Source of the DNA: Promethearchaeota archaeon | GTDB taxonomy: Archaea; Asgardarchaeota; Lokiarchaeia; Sigyniarchaeales; SOKP01 | Assembly (NCBI GenBank): GCA_030599585.1 | Contig: JAUVNS010000002.1 | Coordinates: 345,282-409,281, forward strand | DNA: 64,000 nt | Direction of reading: 5' to 3' | In this document: positions 62,430 through 64,000 of the stretch, one piece after another | Layout of the letters: each line of letters starts with the position of its first letter | Numbering within the stretch: position 1 is the stretch's first letter | Made by a program: the position numbers and the translations under genes | Notes under the pieces: generated by a model | Seen by the model: only the letters and a program-made list of their open reading frames with translations | Told to the model about the DNA's origin: nothing | Database searches by the model: none

Positions 62430-63302
62430 CTATGTGTAGTTTTCGCAAGCTTTCGAGTCGATCCGCCTCAAATACGGGTTTTTGTAGTACTGACAAGAAA
62501 TAATAGCGTCTTTACAACTCGGACATGTCAGTTGAAGCCCGTCCTTACACTCTTTACAGTATTTTGTGTCGTCGTCGAGTTCTACGATAATTTGTGGTTT
62601 TCTTATGAGTTCCTTGGGAGTTTTAGCTTTTTTAAGTTTGATCGTCTCTTCTTTTTTAAATTTCTTAGGTTCTAAAACGATACTTTTTGAAGGTGGCTTC
62701 TTGCCTTCCTTATCTTGTTCTAAAGCTTTGATCTGTTCGAGAACTTTTCGTTGAGAAAGCTTTCGCTTGCTAAATTGATCCACCGTTTTATCTTGTAGTT
62801 TCGCGTCCAAGATATATTCGCCGATCTTCGTTTTAGTTTGTATCGACCTAACCGAAGCGTCGATTTCTTCGGCTTGCACTTGTGCAAATCCAAGTGCAAC
62901 GTTTGCAGTTTGATTTTGTCTGAATTTTTCCGATTTGCGATCGCCACCGCGCCTGTATTCCGGATGTATTTTGAGAAAAGCTCTTTTTTTCAACGCTAGA
63001 GCTTTTGCCTCTTCGGCAGGGTTCAAGTTTTTTCTCCGTAAGTTCTCGTCGATCTCTATAGTAATTTTTTGATATTCAGAAAGACCGATTCGTCTATCGC
63101 ACCTAATTTTACTCCACCCGAGGTTTTTGGCGGAGTAGTACCTTCGCGTGCCTTCTATAACGTTATAATCTTCGTCTACGGTGAGCGGGTTTAATAACCC
63201 GACTTCGCTCATAGATTTCATAAGCTCGGCTAAGTCCCCGATCACTTCCCGGACTCGATTATCGCGTATTTTCAACTTTTCTAAAGGCACTTTTTCTATC
63301 AT
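62430..63302 (-). CDS. ParB-like protein with HTH and C-terminal Cys-rich tail
   Basis: SMSEVGLLNPLTV...VIEGTRRY.SAK.LGW, DENLRRKNL, GGDRKS, AEEIDASVRSIQ. Confidence 0.85.
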   Translation of the reverse strand: MIEKVPLEKLKIRDNRVREVIGDLAELMKSMSEVGLLNPLTVDEDYNVIEGTRRYYSAKNLGWSKIRCDRRIGLSEYQKITIEIDENLRRKNLNPAEEAKALALKKRAFLKIHPEYRRGGDRKSEKFRQNQTANVALGFAQVQAEEIDASVRSIQTKTKIGEYILDAKLQDKTVDQFSKRKLSQRKVLEQIKALEQDKEGKKPPSKSIVLEPKKFKKEETIKLKKAKTPKELIRKPQIIVELDDDTKYCKECKDGLQLTCPSCKDAIISCQYYKNPYLRRIDSKACENYT

Positions 63303-63342
63303 GGTGTTTTTACTCTTGTTGTTTTTGTTCTTTTTTTTTACC

Positions 63343-64000
63343 TCAAAGGAAATGTAATTTTAAATACCTTTTTTGAACTATTTTTAAAGTAGAGAGCAAA
63401 CAGGACTTGTTGTGCTCCATAATTAGGTAATAATCTCCGTTTTTGAAGTGGAGTTCGATGTTTTTCGAATTTCTCAGCAACGGATCGTGGTAGGAGCGCT
63501 CGTTTAAGCTGTATAGTGCCGGAACTAACCCTTCGAAGTTTCTTTTTTGCACGTTTACGATCTTTAAGACTTGGAAGAATGTTTTATCATTTGCTTCCTT
63601 TAGCTTAAACGGTAAAATCTTCTTAAAAAACCGGGCTTCGTGGTTGGAAAACGTGAACAAGTAAAAATTGATTAACAGGTTCAATATTTTCCAGACGGTC
63701 TCGTATAGGTCCAGCAAGTATTTTGTTTTCGTTACGAAAATTTGGTAGACCTGGTTCGATACAACGAGCCCAAAGAACTTAGGAGGGTCTCCTTCTAAGT
63801 CTATAATAGCGTATTTGTAAGGGGGGAACTTTCCTTTTAGCTCGAATTGCCTCGTCTTGACCGTGTCGCCTTCTTTCGCCATCAAAACGACCTCGTTGAT
63901 GGCGTTTATTAAATATTTAATCTCTTTTTGGTCGGATCGGAGCCCGAAATTCATTCCAAGCGTTCCGTAGTTGAGAATTTGTCCAATTTTTGATTCTACT
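63343..64000 (-). CDS. RNase H-like/YprB-type exonuclease-like protein, probably extending beyond the window
   Basis: AIIDLEG (ExoI-like) and MEHNKSCL (ExoIII-like HNxxD with D replaced by C); the frame stays open upstream of the ATG at 63954 to the window edge. Confidence 0.45.
   Translation of the reverse strand, partial: VESKIGQILNYGTLGMNFGLRSDQKEIKYLINAINEVVLMAKEGDTVKTRQFELKGKFPPYKYAIIDLEGDPPKFFGLVVSNQVYQIFVTKTKYLLDLYETVWKILNLLINFYLFTFSNHEARFFKKILPFKLKEANDKTFFQVLKIVNVQKRNFEGLVPALYSLNERSYHDPLLRNSKNIELHFKNGDYYLIMEHNKSCLLSTLKIVQKRYLKLHFL

Larger units (their letters stand above)
10954..64000. mobile_element. Putative integrated element next to tRNA-His carrying a giant gene; right boundary is outside the window
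   Basis: tRNA at the edge, visible rise in CpG, no housekeeping genes, two ParB-like genes, many wHTH genes; integrase and att duplication not seen. Confidence 0.65.

Noticed and set aside
10954-64000. Provirus interpretation
   Set aside because: No capsid, terminase, portal or polymerase gene was recognised in the window; such genes could lie beyond 64000.

Overview
This AT-rich archaeal window looks like an Asgard (Lokiarchaeia-like) genome, an inference from its gene families. It has two parts. Bases 1-10.6 kb are ordinary host genes: an M28 peptidase fragment, MBL-fold proteins, ferredoxin, lsrF-like aldolase, Zn-ADH, SnoaL, DUF3795, RHH, a DtxR regulator and a PhnN-like kinase, with duplication scars between lsrF and the ADH gene. 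After an intron-containing tRNA-His(GUG) at 10853-10953, the rest of the window is a visibly more CpG-rich, probably integrated element that runs off the right edge. Its centre is one 41.5-kb ORF (13,847 aa). That protein has a Lys-rich N-terminus, about 7 TM helices, about 11,000 aa of acidic, sequon-rich extracellular domains partly built by nested domain insertion, Ca-binding-like DxDxDG loops, Ala/Gly-rich hydrophobic helices, and a C-terminal HNH-like motif. An LRR gene follows directly. The best reading is a giant, membrane-anchored, contact-dependent polymorphic toxin plus a candidate LRR immunity gene on a tRNA-adjacent element. Upstream are a surface-anchored protein, several winged-helix regulators with palindromic operator arrays, a 7TM protein, two ParB-like genes and a degenerate exonuclease-like gene. 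No integrase or second att site was seen. All family calls come from motif recognition by eye, not from searches.
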